Shown: positions 26,666 through 37,108 of the stretch, piece after piece
Numbering within the stretch: position 1 is the stretch's first letter
Layout of the letters: each line of letters begins with the position of its first letter
NCBI GenBank assembly: GCA_012862495.1
Contig: BLSG01000370.1
Coordinates: forward strand, 34,893-98,892
Length of the DNA: 64,000 nucleotides
Source of the DNA: Thraustochytrium aureum
Lineage: Eukaryota
Reading direction: 5' to 3'
Notes under the pieces: generated by a model
What the model was told of the DNA's origin: nothing
Seen by the model: the letters and a program-made list of their open reading frames with translations, nothing else
The model's database searches: none
Made by a program: the position numbers and the translations under genes

Positions 26666-27703
26666 TGTCTGCTCCGTCGTCTGGCATGGGACAAAACCCC
26701 AAAAAACCCAAAACCAGAACACCAACGGAGCAGGTGGGGCAACGCAGCAAAAGTTAACCCCCTCCGGTGGCCCCAGAGCGTTAACGAACTGGTTTTCGGA
26801 GCGCGCGCTTTAAGAATCGAGCGGGTTGCCCGTGCCTGCAGGAGCGCGGCCGCGTGGCGGCAACGCGCTGCGGCGAGCGAGAGAGCGACGTGGTGGGAGC
26901 GCTCCGTCCGCAAGGATCTCGCTGCTCGACCGCATCACGCCGTTGCTCGAGAGGATCCCACCCAGCCGAAGCAACTCGAGCGGCGGCGACGCGCCGTTGG
27001 CAGACCGGGGTGTGCGCTGGCGGCTCGGCTCGCAGATCGACGGCTGGCTGGCAGGCTGGCAGGCTAGCTCGCTGGCAGGCTAGCAGGCTGGCTGGCTGGC
27101 TGGAGATCCTTGCTTCAGGGAAGCATCAGGATGCGTGCGTTCCGAGCCGCGAGCTGTTCCGCAGACGGGCAACGCAGTCCGTGCGGTCCCACCTCCGCAC
27201 CACGCGCAGCGGCCCGATCAAGAGCTCGCCTGACTGTCCCAAGTTGACCGCCATGATGTCGACCCGCAGCTCGCGCAGCGCCCCGCCCCTGGGCCAGAGC
27301 CGCCGGCCAACGGGCGCGGGCGGGCGGGCGGGACTCTACTAGTACTCCTTCTTGATCAAAAGTCCTGTGCGTGGCGCTTGGCGGTCCAGCGACCTAACCT
27401 AGGCCCTGACCGAATCCTGGGAGGCGCCGAAGCAGCAGCAGCAGAGCAGCAGAGCAGCAGAGGAGCAGAGCAGGCACGGGGGCGCGCGCGAGGGGGCGGG
27501 GCGAGCGGGCAGCTTGCAGAGGCATGGGGCGGCGTCTGGCTGGCGTCTNNNNNNNNNNNNNNNNNNNNNNNNNNNNNNNNNNNNNNNNNNNNNNNNNNNN
27601 NNNNNNNNNNNNNNNNNNNNNNNNNNNNNNNNNNNNNNNNNNNNNNNNNNNNNNNNNNNNNNNNNNNNNNNNNNNNNNNNNNNNNNNNNNNNNNNNNNNN
27701 NNN

Positions 27704-28460
27704 AGCGGAGCAGTGGACTGTCCGGGAGCAGGTCCTCCTGGCCGCCCTGGACTTGCACGAGCTCGGCGTGGCCGAGAGCATGCTCAAGGAGCTGGAAGGG
27801 CAGTTCCCCGCCTCGCAGCGCGTCGCGAGACTGCGCGGGCTGTACCTGGAGGCATGCGGCAAGTCCAAGGAAGCCGCCGAGGTGTACGAAGCGACGATCA
27901 AGGAAAACGCGACGAACACGGTGGCGCGCAAGCGCAAAGTGTGCCTGCTCAAGTCCGCTGGCAAGCTTAGCGAGGCGATCAAGCTGCTCGTAGAGTACCT
28001 GGAGAGGTTCCAGGCGGACTCGGAGGCCTGGAAGGAGCTGGCCGCCCTCTACGTGGAGTCGGGCAACCTCAAGAACGCGAGCTTCTGCCTCGAAGAGGTC
28101 ATCCTCAGCAACCCGCACAGCTATTTGAGCTATCTGGCGTACGCCGAGTCGCTCTACACGTTGGGCGGCGAGATCGGCAACCTCCTCGAGGCGCGCAAGT
28201 ACTTTTGCCAGAGCCTCGTCAAGAAAAAGGCACCGGCCAACGGCCGCGCGCTCTGGGGCCTCGCCGTAACCACGAAGGCCGTGCAATCGTACGCGTCCCA
28301 AGCGAAGGACTCCAAGTCGTCCAAGGCCGCATTGCAGAGCGACGAGGAGGACCTGAACCGCCAGCTGTCGGCCAAAGCCGCCGAGGAGCTCTCCAAGGCC
28401 CCGATGGCTCCAGGGATGGAGGTGCTTGTGGCCGCTGCGCTAAAGCGCCTCGCTGTCTGA
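27704..28460 (+). CDS. EMC2: ER membrane protein complex subunit 2 (TPR); 5' end in gap
   Basis: WTVREQVLLAALD..QFPASQRVARLRG..LEA..NTVARKRK..EYLERFQADSEAWKELA..FCLEEVILSNP..ARKYFCQSL..RALWGL. Confidence 0.92.
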
Positions 28461-28825
28461 GCAGGTTTGCTCTTCAGAGAGCTTCCGCGGGTCACGGTGG
28501 TGGGTGTATCTTTCTTGAATCGGGCGTGGGTGCGGGTAGGGAAGGCGCCAAGTTCTCAACGTGACTGTCAGCGCCAACCTTGGGGCTACAGGGGCTGTCG
28601 GTGTCCCAGCGTTCGAAGGTGGTCCCGTGTCGACGAACGACGCGTCATGACTTAATCTGTCCTTTTCTTCTTCTTCTTCTTCTTCTTCGTTTCTCAACTC
28701 ACTGGAGAGCGAAAGCTCTCTCGTCGCTTTGCCGCGCTGTGTGGGGCGCTCCTCGAGTCCCATGTCGCGTCGCTTTCCTCGGTGCGGAGCCGCCCCAGTT
28801 CGTTGCTCCGACGCAGTCCCCACTC

Positions 28826-28883
28826 CCGCTCGTCGTCACCGCCGCTCGTCGTCACCGCCGCTCGTCGTCACCGCCGCTCGTCA
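28826..28883. repeat. 16-bp minisatellite (ccgctcgtcgtcaccg) x~3.5
   Basis: Direct tandem copies without spacers, just downstream of the frataxin stop. Confidence 0.9.
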
Positions 28884-28916
28884 ACAGCCTTTCATAGCAG
28901 CCTTTGGGGCACTGGC

Positions 28917-29391
28917 TCATTGATCCTCCAGGAGATTGTCGAGCGCCAAGGCGACCCCTGTCGTTTGTCTAAACTCCTTCTCCAGGAGAGGCACAAGTGC
29001 GGCCCCGTCACGAGTCCCGACCCAGCTCCGAGTCGACGCGTTGAAGTAGAACCGCTTTGGGCCGCTGATGGGTGACGACCACCAAAGCTCCAGGTTTGGC
29101 TCCTGCTTGTTGATCACCCACGTTTTCTGCGCTCCCAGCTTTAGCGTGAGCACGCCAGCTTCGAGATCGACCTCGTAGTCGTCCTCGTCCATCGAGTCGT
29201 CAAACGTGATTTTCTGCATCGCATTGTCAAGGTCCGCGACCAGTCTGTGGAGTAACGAGTCGGTCGCCGACTGAAACTCTGCAAGCCCCATCGTGCTGCG
29301 ATTTACCGGGCTGCACAGCCCGCGCCAGCTCGCGGCGCCTGCAGCATACGCTATGTTGCCATCGTTGCGCACCGCAGCCGCGCAGGCAGCT
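28917..29391 (-). CDS. FXN: Frataxin; presequence probably in gap
   Basis: GVLTLKLGAQKTWVINKQEPNLELWWSSPISGPKRF is the frataxin/CyaY signature. Confidence 0.95.
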
Positions 29392-31432
29392 NNNNNNNNN
29401 NNNNNNNNNNNNNNNNNNNNNNNNNNNNNNNNNNNNNNNNNNNNNNNNNNNNNNNNNNNNNNNNNNNNNNNNNNNNNNNNNNNNNNNNNNNNNNNNNNNN
29501 NNNNNNNNNNNNNNNNNNNNNNNNNNNNNNNNNNNNNNNNNNNNNNNNNNNNNNNNNNNNNNNNNNNNNNNNNNNNNNNNNNNNNNNNNNNNNNNNNNNN
29601 NNNNNNNNNNNNNNNNNNNNNNNNNNNNNNNNNNNNNNNNNNNNNNNNNNNNNNNNNNNNNNNNNNNNNNNNNNNNNNNNNNNNNNNNNNNNNNNNNNNN
29701 NNNNNNNNNNNNNNNNNNNNNNNNNNNNNNNNNNNNNNNNNNNNNNNNNNNNNNNNNNNNNNNNNNNNNNNNNNNNNNNNNNNNNNNNNNNNNNNNNNNN
29801 NNNNNNCGACAGCATCTCGCGAGGCTCTGCAGCTCAAGCGCCGCAATCCCACCCCGCTACGCAGCGCCAAGAGGGTCGGAGTGCTCGAGGGCAGCTTTGG
29901 CTGCGCTTTGCCGCGGCCCACCAAGCCCAGAGACGCACTGTGGGCAGCGAGTGACCTGTCGCTTTGCTCCATGGATCGAGAACAAGTGTCCGCTGTTAAG
30001 GAGCACCTTCCACACTGGTTACATTTGCAAGTTTACAAGGTACATGCTCTTTAGAAAGTCTCTGCGCGAAGAAGCTCTTCTGCTGCGCCGATGGCAGCGA
30101 TGCGAGGCGCGACACGATCAAGAGCATCGGCTTCGTATGCGACTTGGGCGCGCGGACTATTGCCAGTGCGGGCGCGCGTGGTTTCGTCAAGAGGGCGCCA
30201 CGCTTTGCTGCTCACTCGGCTTGACGCATTTGTCATGCGCGGCTAACAAGGCGAGCTGCCCGCGAGCTGCCTGCGAGCTGCCTGGGAACTGCACGCGAGC
30301 TGCACGCGAGCTGCACGCGAGCGCGCCGCGCTTGGCTGTGCACTCAATGGCGAACATCCCTGTGTCGGACGAATTTTTTTTCTCGCATCGTTTTGGCAAC
30401 GCGCGAAATGAACGCCTGAAGGGCTACGAAGGCCAATGCCCTGACCAGCGTCGTCCAGGGGAAGTCGATATCGCGCGCGCGGTCCTGCAACTTGAGCGCG
30501 CCCTCCAATGCGCTTGGTTCGCGCGCCCCGCGACTGGCGCCAAATTGATGTTGTTGGAGGTCGGCCGAGGATTTCGTAACGTCCGAGCCGCGTCGAGTGC
30601 GCTTCCTCTACTTACTCGATTATGTTACCTCGTTGGCAAAGGGCCTGGCTTGCCATCGCTGCGGGGCGCGGCGCTATGGCTACATGATTGAGTGGCCGAG
30701 CAGCTGCCGGGATTGAGTGACCCAGAACGGAAGTTGATTCCTGCCGAGAGCAGCATTTTCCAACCAGGCTGGAGAGTAGCGCAGCGCTCGCCTCGCGGTG
30801 ATTTGCCGCCAATGGATTATTGCTGTGCGGCCTGTTGCTTTGCATCCCTTTCGCCCAGCAACTCATTTGCAAGCACTTGCGTCGAGCATGATGTGCACCA
30901 ACGGAAAGTGAGAGGTCACAGAGCAAGCAGGGGACCTGCAATGGGTCAATTCGGGCAGAGTAGCACAAGTTCTCTTGGACCTCACGCGCCGGGCAGCGGT
31001 TTTCGCCATCTTGAAGGAGACGCTCAATTGGGGCCCAAGCTCAACAGCCGGCCACTTGATTTGCCGCCGAGACCTGGCCATGGCGCGGCAGGTGTCTTGC
31101 CTGCCACAAGCTGCGAGGTCGTTCAATCGGCGAGGCACGGCCTTTGCGGCAGAGAAAACACCCCTTGGGACGATATCGCCGAGCAGCATGATGCCAAGCA
31201 GCATGGCACCAAGCAGCATGGCACCAAGGCAGGGACACGAAGGCAGACAATGCAGTTCCTAAACGCTGTCGAACGCGAAAAAGCGCATGCCCAGCAGGAA
31301 GTAGCTCGAGCGTAGAGACGGGAACGCAAGCAGCCTTAACAGCAGCAAAAGGTCCAGAGACGACCCAGCACAGGCAGCGAGTGCATCAACGTTGCTGCGG
31401 GTGCGGCAAGGGCAAAGGCAAAGGCAAGAACC

Positions 31433-33634
31433 ATGTCGCGCGTCCGCGAATTGATGAAGCAATTCTCGGGCGGCGGCGCGCCCAGCTCGGCCTCGGACGA
31501 GAACGAGACGCAGAGCCGCATCCGGCGCTCGCCGTCCACCGTAAGTGTGGGCTCGATGCAGTCCGGCACAAGCGTCACGAGCGAGACGTCGTGCNNNNNN
31601 NNNNNNNNNNNNNNNNNNNNNNNNNNNNNNNNNNNNNNNNNNNNNNNNNNNNNNNNNNNNNNNNNNNNNNNNNNNNNNNNNNNNNNNNNNNNNNNNNNNN
31701 NNNNNNNNNNNNNNNNNNNNNNNNNNNNNNNNNNNNNNNNNNNNNNNNNNNNNNNNNNNNNNNNNNNNNNNNNNNNNNNNNNNNNNNNNNNNNNNNNNNN
31801 NNNNNNNNNNNNNNNNNNNNNGCGCGCCAACAAAAGGGAGAACGAGCTAAAGGCCAAGACAAACGCGTCCTTGTTGGCGGCCAATTGCCGCGGCGCTGGC
31901 ACGGTCAACCTCATGGAGAGTGCGACGCTGATCGCTCGCGAGAGCAAGCAAATCGAGCACAAGGCCAAAGCGGACGCCGCCGAGCGCGCCTCTGGGTTTC
32001 GCGGCGTGGGCGATCGTTTCCAAGAGGAACTTCGCTCGCGCGAGGCGGTCCAACGCGAGCAGGACCGCAAAGCTCGCGAAGAGATGGAGCAGTCGCGGCG
32101 CAACGTCAAGGGATCGGGGCAGGTCTGCCTCATGGACCAGGCCACGGTTTTGGAGCGCGAGCGCAAGGCCCAGGACGCCAAAGCTCGCGAAGAGCTGGAG
32201 CGCCTCAAGCGCGACTACAAGGGCACCTTTACATTCTTGGACGCGGCTCGCTTCGTGGTCAAGCAGGCGCGCGAGAAGGACCGCCTTGCGCGCGAAGACG
32301 CGCAGCGTCGCGCTGCCGCGTACAAAGCCGTGGGCTCCTCGCGGCTCGACCAGGAGGTGTCAGACCTTGACCGCCAGAGCAAGCAGGCCGACCGCAACGC
32401 AGTGGCCGAGGTCCAGCAGCTCAACGCGAAATACCGAGGAGCCGGGGGCAATGGCCTGCTCGAGCAAGCCGCACAGCTCGACCGCCAGCGCAAAGAGCGG
32501 GACCGCAAGGCGGAGGAGGAGATCAGGCAGCTCAAGCAAATGTACCGTGGGTCTGGCAGCCCGAACCTGCTCGACCAGGCCGCCGAGCTTGAGCGCAAGC
32601 GCAAGGCCGAGGACGTGCGGGCTCGCGCCGAGATCGAGCTGCTCAAGGCGCAGAGCAAGACGCCGCTAGGTTTGATGGACAAGCCTGCCATGGACGAGCG
32701 CCGTCTGCGCGAAGAGGACAAGCAAGCCGTGCGCGCCGCCAGGGACGCCCAAGCCAGGTTTCGCGGGGTCTCGGTTTCGATCGCAGACTCTGCCAGCCTC
32801 GCGAGTCGCGACCTGGACGGTTTCTCCAACGTAGACTCCGCTTCGCAGGCTCCCGGCCATGAGGTGCAAGGCAGCGACGAGGACAATGGCTTTTGCACGG
32901 AGCTCGTCGAGGAGGACGACGAAGTCTGCGCCCCGGCGCCAGCGCCAGAAGCCGACCACGGCGAGCCCGACGAGCCCAGCGGGTCCGGCGAGCACGGCGA
33001 GCTGGAGGAGGCGCTTCAAGCCCGCCAAGATTCGCCGGAGACGGAGCATGTGGCACAACGCGAGGCCGAGGACGAGGAGGCCAAGGACGCCGCCGAGAAC
33101 GCCACTCTGGCAGTCGAGGGGCTGGAGCAAGGCGATGCTGTAGGCGAAGGCTCGGCGGACCACCAAGCAGTGGACGAGTTCCAGGAGAGCAGCAGCGAGT
33201 CTGCTGTCGAGGGCACCGGCGCCGCTTTCGAGCTCGAGGAGACTGTCGACGAGGCCGCCTTTCTCGCCGAGGAAGTCGTGGACGAGGAGTCCTACGATGG
33301 GGCCGAAGGATACGTCGAGCACGAGGAGTCCTACGATGGGGCCGAAGGATACGTCGAGCACGAGGAGCAAGTCGGGTCCGCCTTGGCAGCAGAGTCGGAA
33401 TCGGATTGCGCGGTCTTCGACCAGGCGAACGTTGCCGTTGAGGAAGAAGAGGAGGAGGCGAAGGACGAGGAGGAGTGCGTTGCCGACGAAGACGAAGGCG
33501 ACGCGGCCGAGGAAGAGACTGGCGACGCCGCGGCTTTGAGCGTCGCGGCCTCCCCAAGCAAGGTCTCGCCCGAGCTTGTCGCGCCGCCGCAGCTCCAGGA
33601 CACGCTGTCCGTGGCCAGCACCACCGTCGCCTGA
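31433..33634 (+). CDS. Coiled-coil protein with ~35-37-aa [YF][RK]G repeats and acidic C-terminal tail
   Basis: Long ORF across a gap, repeats such as DRKAEEEIRQLKQMYRGSGSPNLLDQAAELER; AATAAA about 60 nt after the stop. Confidence 0.65.
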   Translation: MSRVRELMKQFSGGGAPSSASDENETQSRIRRSPSTVSVGSMQSGTSVTSETSCXXXXXXXXXXXXXXXXXXXXXXXXXXXXXXXXXXXXXXXXXXXXXXXXXXXXXXXXXXXXXXXXXXXXXXXXXXXXRANKRENELKAKTNASLLAANCRGAGTVNLMESATLIARESKQIEHKAKADAAERASGFRGVGDRFQEELRSREAVQREQDRKAREEMEQSRRNVKGSGQVCLMDQATVLERERKAQDAKAREELERLKRDYKGTFTFLDAARFVVKQAREKDRLAREDAQRRAAAYKAVGSSRLDQEVSDLDRQSKQADRNAVAEVQQLNAKYRGAGGNGLLEQAAQLDRQRKERDRKAEEEIRQLKQMYRGSGSPNLLDQAAELERKRKAEDVRARAEIELLKAQSKTPLGLMDKPAMDERRLREEDKQAVRAARDAQARFRGVSVSIADSASLASRDLDGFSNVDSASQAPGHEVQGSDEDNGFCTELVEEDDEVCAPAPAPEADHGEPDEPSGSGEHGELEEALQARQDSPETEHVAQREAEDEEAKDAAENATLAVEGLEQGDAVGEGSADHQAVDEFQESSSESAVEGTGAAFELEETVDEAAFLAEEVVDEESYDGAEGYVEHEESYDGAEGYVEHEEQVGSALAAESESDCAVFDQANVAVEEEEEEAKDEEECVADEDEGDAAEEETGDAAALSVAASPSKVSPELVAPPQLQDTLSVASTTVA
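33282..33367 (+). repeat. Exact 39-bp in-frame tandem duplication (EESYDGAEGYVEH x2)
   Basis: acgaggagtcctacgatggggccgaaggatacgtcgagc occurs twice, followed by a partial copy. Confidence 0.95.
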
Positions 33635-34097
33635 CGAACAAACCAGCCGCGGCAAGCGCTCGTTCGCTCAGGAGCCAACCAGTCGATCTCAATCAATAAA
33701 CGCATCTGTAATGAGTCTTCTTCGAGTTCGCTCGGCCTTGCAACGGCGCCGTCACACCGCCTCGCCGNNNNNNNNNNNNNNNNNNNNNNNNNNNNNNNNN
33801 NNNNNNNNNNNNNNNNNNNNNNNNNNNNNNNNNNNNNNNNNNNNNNNNNNNNNNNNNNNNNNNNNNNNNNNNNNNNNNNNNNNNNNNNNNNNNNNNNNNN
33901 NNNNNNNNNNNNNNNNNNNNNNNNNNNNNNNNNNNNNNNNNNNNNNNNNNNNNNNNNNNNNNNNNNNNNNNNNNNNNNNNNNNNNNNNNNNNNNNNNNNN
34001 NNNNNNNNNNNNNNNNNNNNNNNNNNNNNNNNNNNNNNNNNNNNNNNNNNNNNNNNNNNNNNNNNNNNGGCAGAGCGGGCCTGGCTGGCGCGCCTCT

Positions 34098-34455
34098 ATG
34101 GGCCGGCAACGCACGCGAGTGCCGGCTGAGCTCGTGCAGCGCCTGGAGGAGTACCACCTTGGGTGCGGTACTCGGCCCATGAGCTGCGCAAGTGCTTGGG
34201 CCGCGTGGACGATGCGCAGCGCAAGGCCGGCGAGCGCAACTCTGCGACGCACCGCGAGACGTGGGTGGAGGTTCGCAACGCGGCCGCGCGGGAGTGCAAG
34301 CATATCAAGGACGAGCTCGTGCGGTGCCGGGGGCTATTCTCTGCAAGCGCGAGTTTGATGCGCTCAAACGCGCGGAGATTTACAAAACGACGGCGAGCTC
34401 GCACGTGGCTGAGACGGAGAGCGCCTTTTTGCGCTGCCTTGCGCAGCTGTCCTGA
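34098..34455 (+). CDS. Possible small hypothetical protein fragment (frameshifted)
   Basis: Helical protein-like text ELVQRLEEYHL / YSAHELRKCLGRVDD..ECKHIKDELVRC; no family recognised. Confidence 0.25.
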
Positions 34456-35765
34456 TCGTGAGGAGCCACGGAGGCGATCTGCTCCTTGGTTTTGTTTGGA
34501 AGACCCCGAGCCACGAGGATGCTCCAGGGCTGCTCGGCAACCCTGTGGTTTTGTGTCCGAGTTGCGGTCTCGAGGCCACCCCGCGCGGCAAGAGACCCCC
34601 TCCCCCCGCCCCTTGGCCTCAGCCCACTTGCCCCACCTCGCGCTGTCGATCTCGGCCGCGGCTACAGCTCGGCGCTCCAACAAGGCGAGCGAGCAATTCG
34701 AAACGCCGCGCATTTTGCGCGCGCGACCAGTGCTCGCGGACCCAACCCCCCACCAGGGCACAAACAGTGAATTGGGACGCAAACGACAGCCACCTGCGGG
34801 CGGCAGGTCACTAGGACACTTGCCCCTTGTTGGTGTTGACCGGACCGACCTCGAGCCGAGCGACTCCAGTAAGTAATTCGAGAGAATCAGCGAGGCGCCC
34901 TGCCTGACGCGCCTTGGATTCGCTCGAGATGCTCAAATGAATCATCTCATCCGTTTGTTTTGCGCTTGTGCTCGGACAACGCGNNNNNNNNNNNNNNNNN
35001 NNNNNNNNNNNNNNNNNNNNNNNNNNNNNNNNNNNNNNNNNNNNNNNNNNNNNNNNNNNNNNNNNNNNNNNNNNNNNNNNNNNNNNNNNNNNNNNNNNNN
35101 NNNNNNNNNNNNNNNNNNNNNNNNNNNNNNNNNNNNNNNNNNNNNNNNNNNNNNNNNNNNNNNNNNNNNNNNNNNNNNNNNNNNNNNNNNNNNNNNNNNN
35201 NNNNNNNNNNNNNNNNNNNNNNNNNNNNNNNNNNNNNNNNNNNNNNNNNNNNNNNNNNNNNNNNNNNNNNNNNNNNNNNNNNNNNNNNNNNNNNNNNNNN
35301 NNNNNNNNNNNNNNNNNNNNNNNNNNNNNNNNNNNNNNNNNNNNNNNNNNNNNNNNNNNNNNNNNNNNNNNNNNNNNNNNNNNNNNNNNNNNNNNNNNNN
35401 NNNNNNNNNNNNNNNNNNNNNNNNNNNNNNNNNNNNNNNNNNNNNNNNNNNNNNNNNNNNNNNNNNNNNNNNNNNNNNNNNNNNNNNNNNNNNNNNNNNN
35501 NNNNNNNNNNNNNNNNNNNNNNNNNNNNNNNNNNNNNNNNNNNNNNNNNNNNNNNNNNNNNNNNNNNNNNNNNNNNNNNNNNNNNNNNNNNNNNNNNNNN
35601 NNNNNNNNNNNNNNNNNNNNNNNNNNNNNNNNNNNNNNNNNNNNNNNNNNNNNNNNNNNNNNNNNNNNNNNNNNNNNNNNNNNNNNNNNNNNNNNNNNNN
35701 NNNNNNNNNNNNNNNNNNNNNNNNNNNNNNNNNNNNNNNNNNNNNNNNNNNNNNNNNNNNNNNNN

Positions 35766-36519
35766 GTAGCGTCGGGCGCGGGCCGCAGGATAGCCACCGC
35801 CGCGGCAGCTTCCGCGGCGATGAGCGCGTCGAGGAGGCAGACAACCAAGACGGCGCCAGCCAGTCGAGCACAGCGTCTTCGGACAGCTCGTCCCGAAACC
35901 GTCGGGCCACGTCGGCCCACCAAACCTCCCCCGAGTCTCTCCCAACGCCCGCGCGTAAATCGCGCGGTCTCGCAGCGTCGTTCCGCGTGCCGCGGCGCCC
36001 CCGCCAAGCATCGCCGCCAAGCATCGCCGCCAAGAGCAAGCCCGCGCAGGCTTCGACCCCCAACGAAGAGAGCCACAAAGAGGCGCGCTTTGCGACGCAC
36101 GATGAGGAGGCCCAAGTTCCTCACGACACGGGCGACGCTGACGCCGCAGGGGACGGCTCCGCGCAGCAACAGCACCAGCGCTCGTGGAAAGTGAGTAGGC
36201 CGGCAATGCTCTACTCGCGTTGTATGGGCGGCCGGCGCCGGTCTCGCGAGGTCAAGCCGCTGCCTTCTCCGCGCGTTGACGCAGAGGCAGGCCAGAGCGG
36301 CATCGGCACCGACCCTCGTATTCTGCGTTTCCTGGTCGAGATGCACCCCAAGGCCACGCACGACAGCGCGGCGGCCGACCGGCTTTGCAGCCGTACATGC
36401 GCGCTCCGAAGGACAAGCAGCTCGTCGTGCTGCTTGCAGCCATCACGAACGCGCGCGACCAGGGCCGCACGGAGCTGTTGCACGACCTGCTCGGCAAGGG
36501 AATCATCACCTCGGCGTGA
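35766..36519 (+). CDS. 3' part of hypothetical protein following gap
   Basis: Disordered Ser/Arg-rich segment, then DPRILRFLVEM and (other frame) QLVVLLAAITNARDQGRTELLHDLLGKGIITSA*. Confidence 0.3.
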
Positions 36520-37108
36520 GCAGGCTCTAGCGCCTTGCGTATTCCTGAATTGTTATTAGCGTGCCATCGCTTGAGCTCGATAGCTTGCGTGCCTGGAGAG
36601 GAGGCTGTCGCTTCGACGCCTCGTAAAACTCTATGGCTCGCGGGCTTTTCTGGGCCCGGCCAGCACAACTGAATTGAACCAACTTGCTTGTTGCTTTACT
36701 CTGGAGATCTAGCTAGCTAGACCACCTCTAAAGCACGACGCCTCCGGGCACGGCGCTCCGACCGTTATCTCATCAGCGAGCGGACGAATGCTGGCGCGAC
36801 CAGCTATGTACGTTTCCCGTCCGCTCCCGTCATTTCACGCGCCGCCAAAGCGTCGCCGCCGGTGCTTGGATGTGGGCAACTATGGTCCAGCTCGGTTCGG
36901 CAGCGCCGTTGCTGCTGCCGGGGGAGCTCGCCGCACATCCGCACACGAAGCGCGCGCCTTTGGCGTGCTCGGTTGGAGCCTCGCCGTCTCCTGGCATCCG
37001 GCCAGCGTTGCTTGCCGTCAGCCGCGTTGCGGGCATTCCTCGGCCCTGCTCCGTTTATCCCCAAAGGCCTTCCTCTGCGTTGGAGGCACGGGTCAGGGGG
37101 CGCTCTTA

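Noticed and set aside
28826..28883. CRISPR-like array
   Set aside because: 16-bp units are contiguous with no spacers; eukaryotic context, no cas genes.
29897..31315. Protein-coding genes in the frataxin upstream region
   Set aside because: ORFs lack recognisable motifs and contain short 11- and 15-bp tandem repeats; treated as intergenic or unknown.
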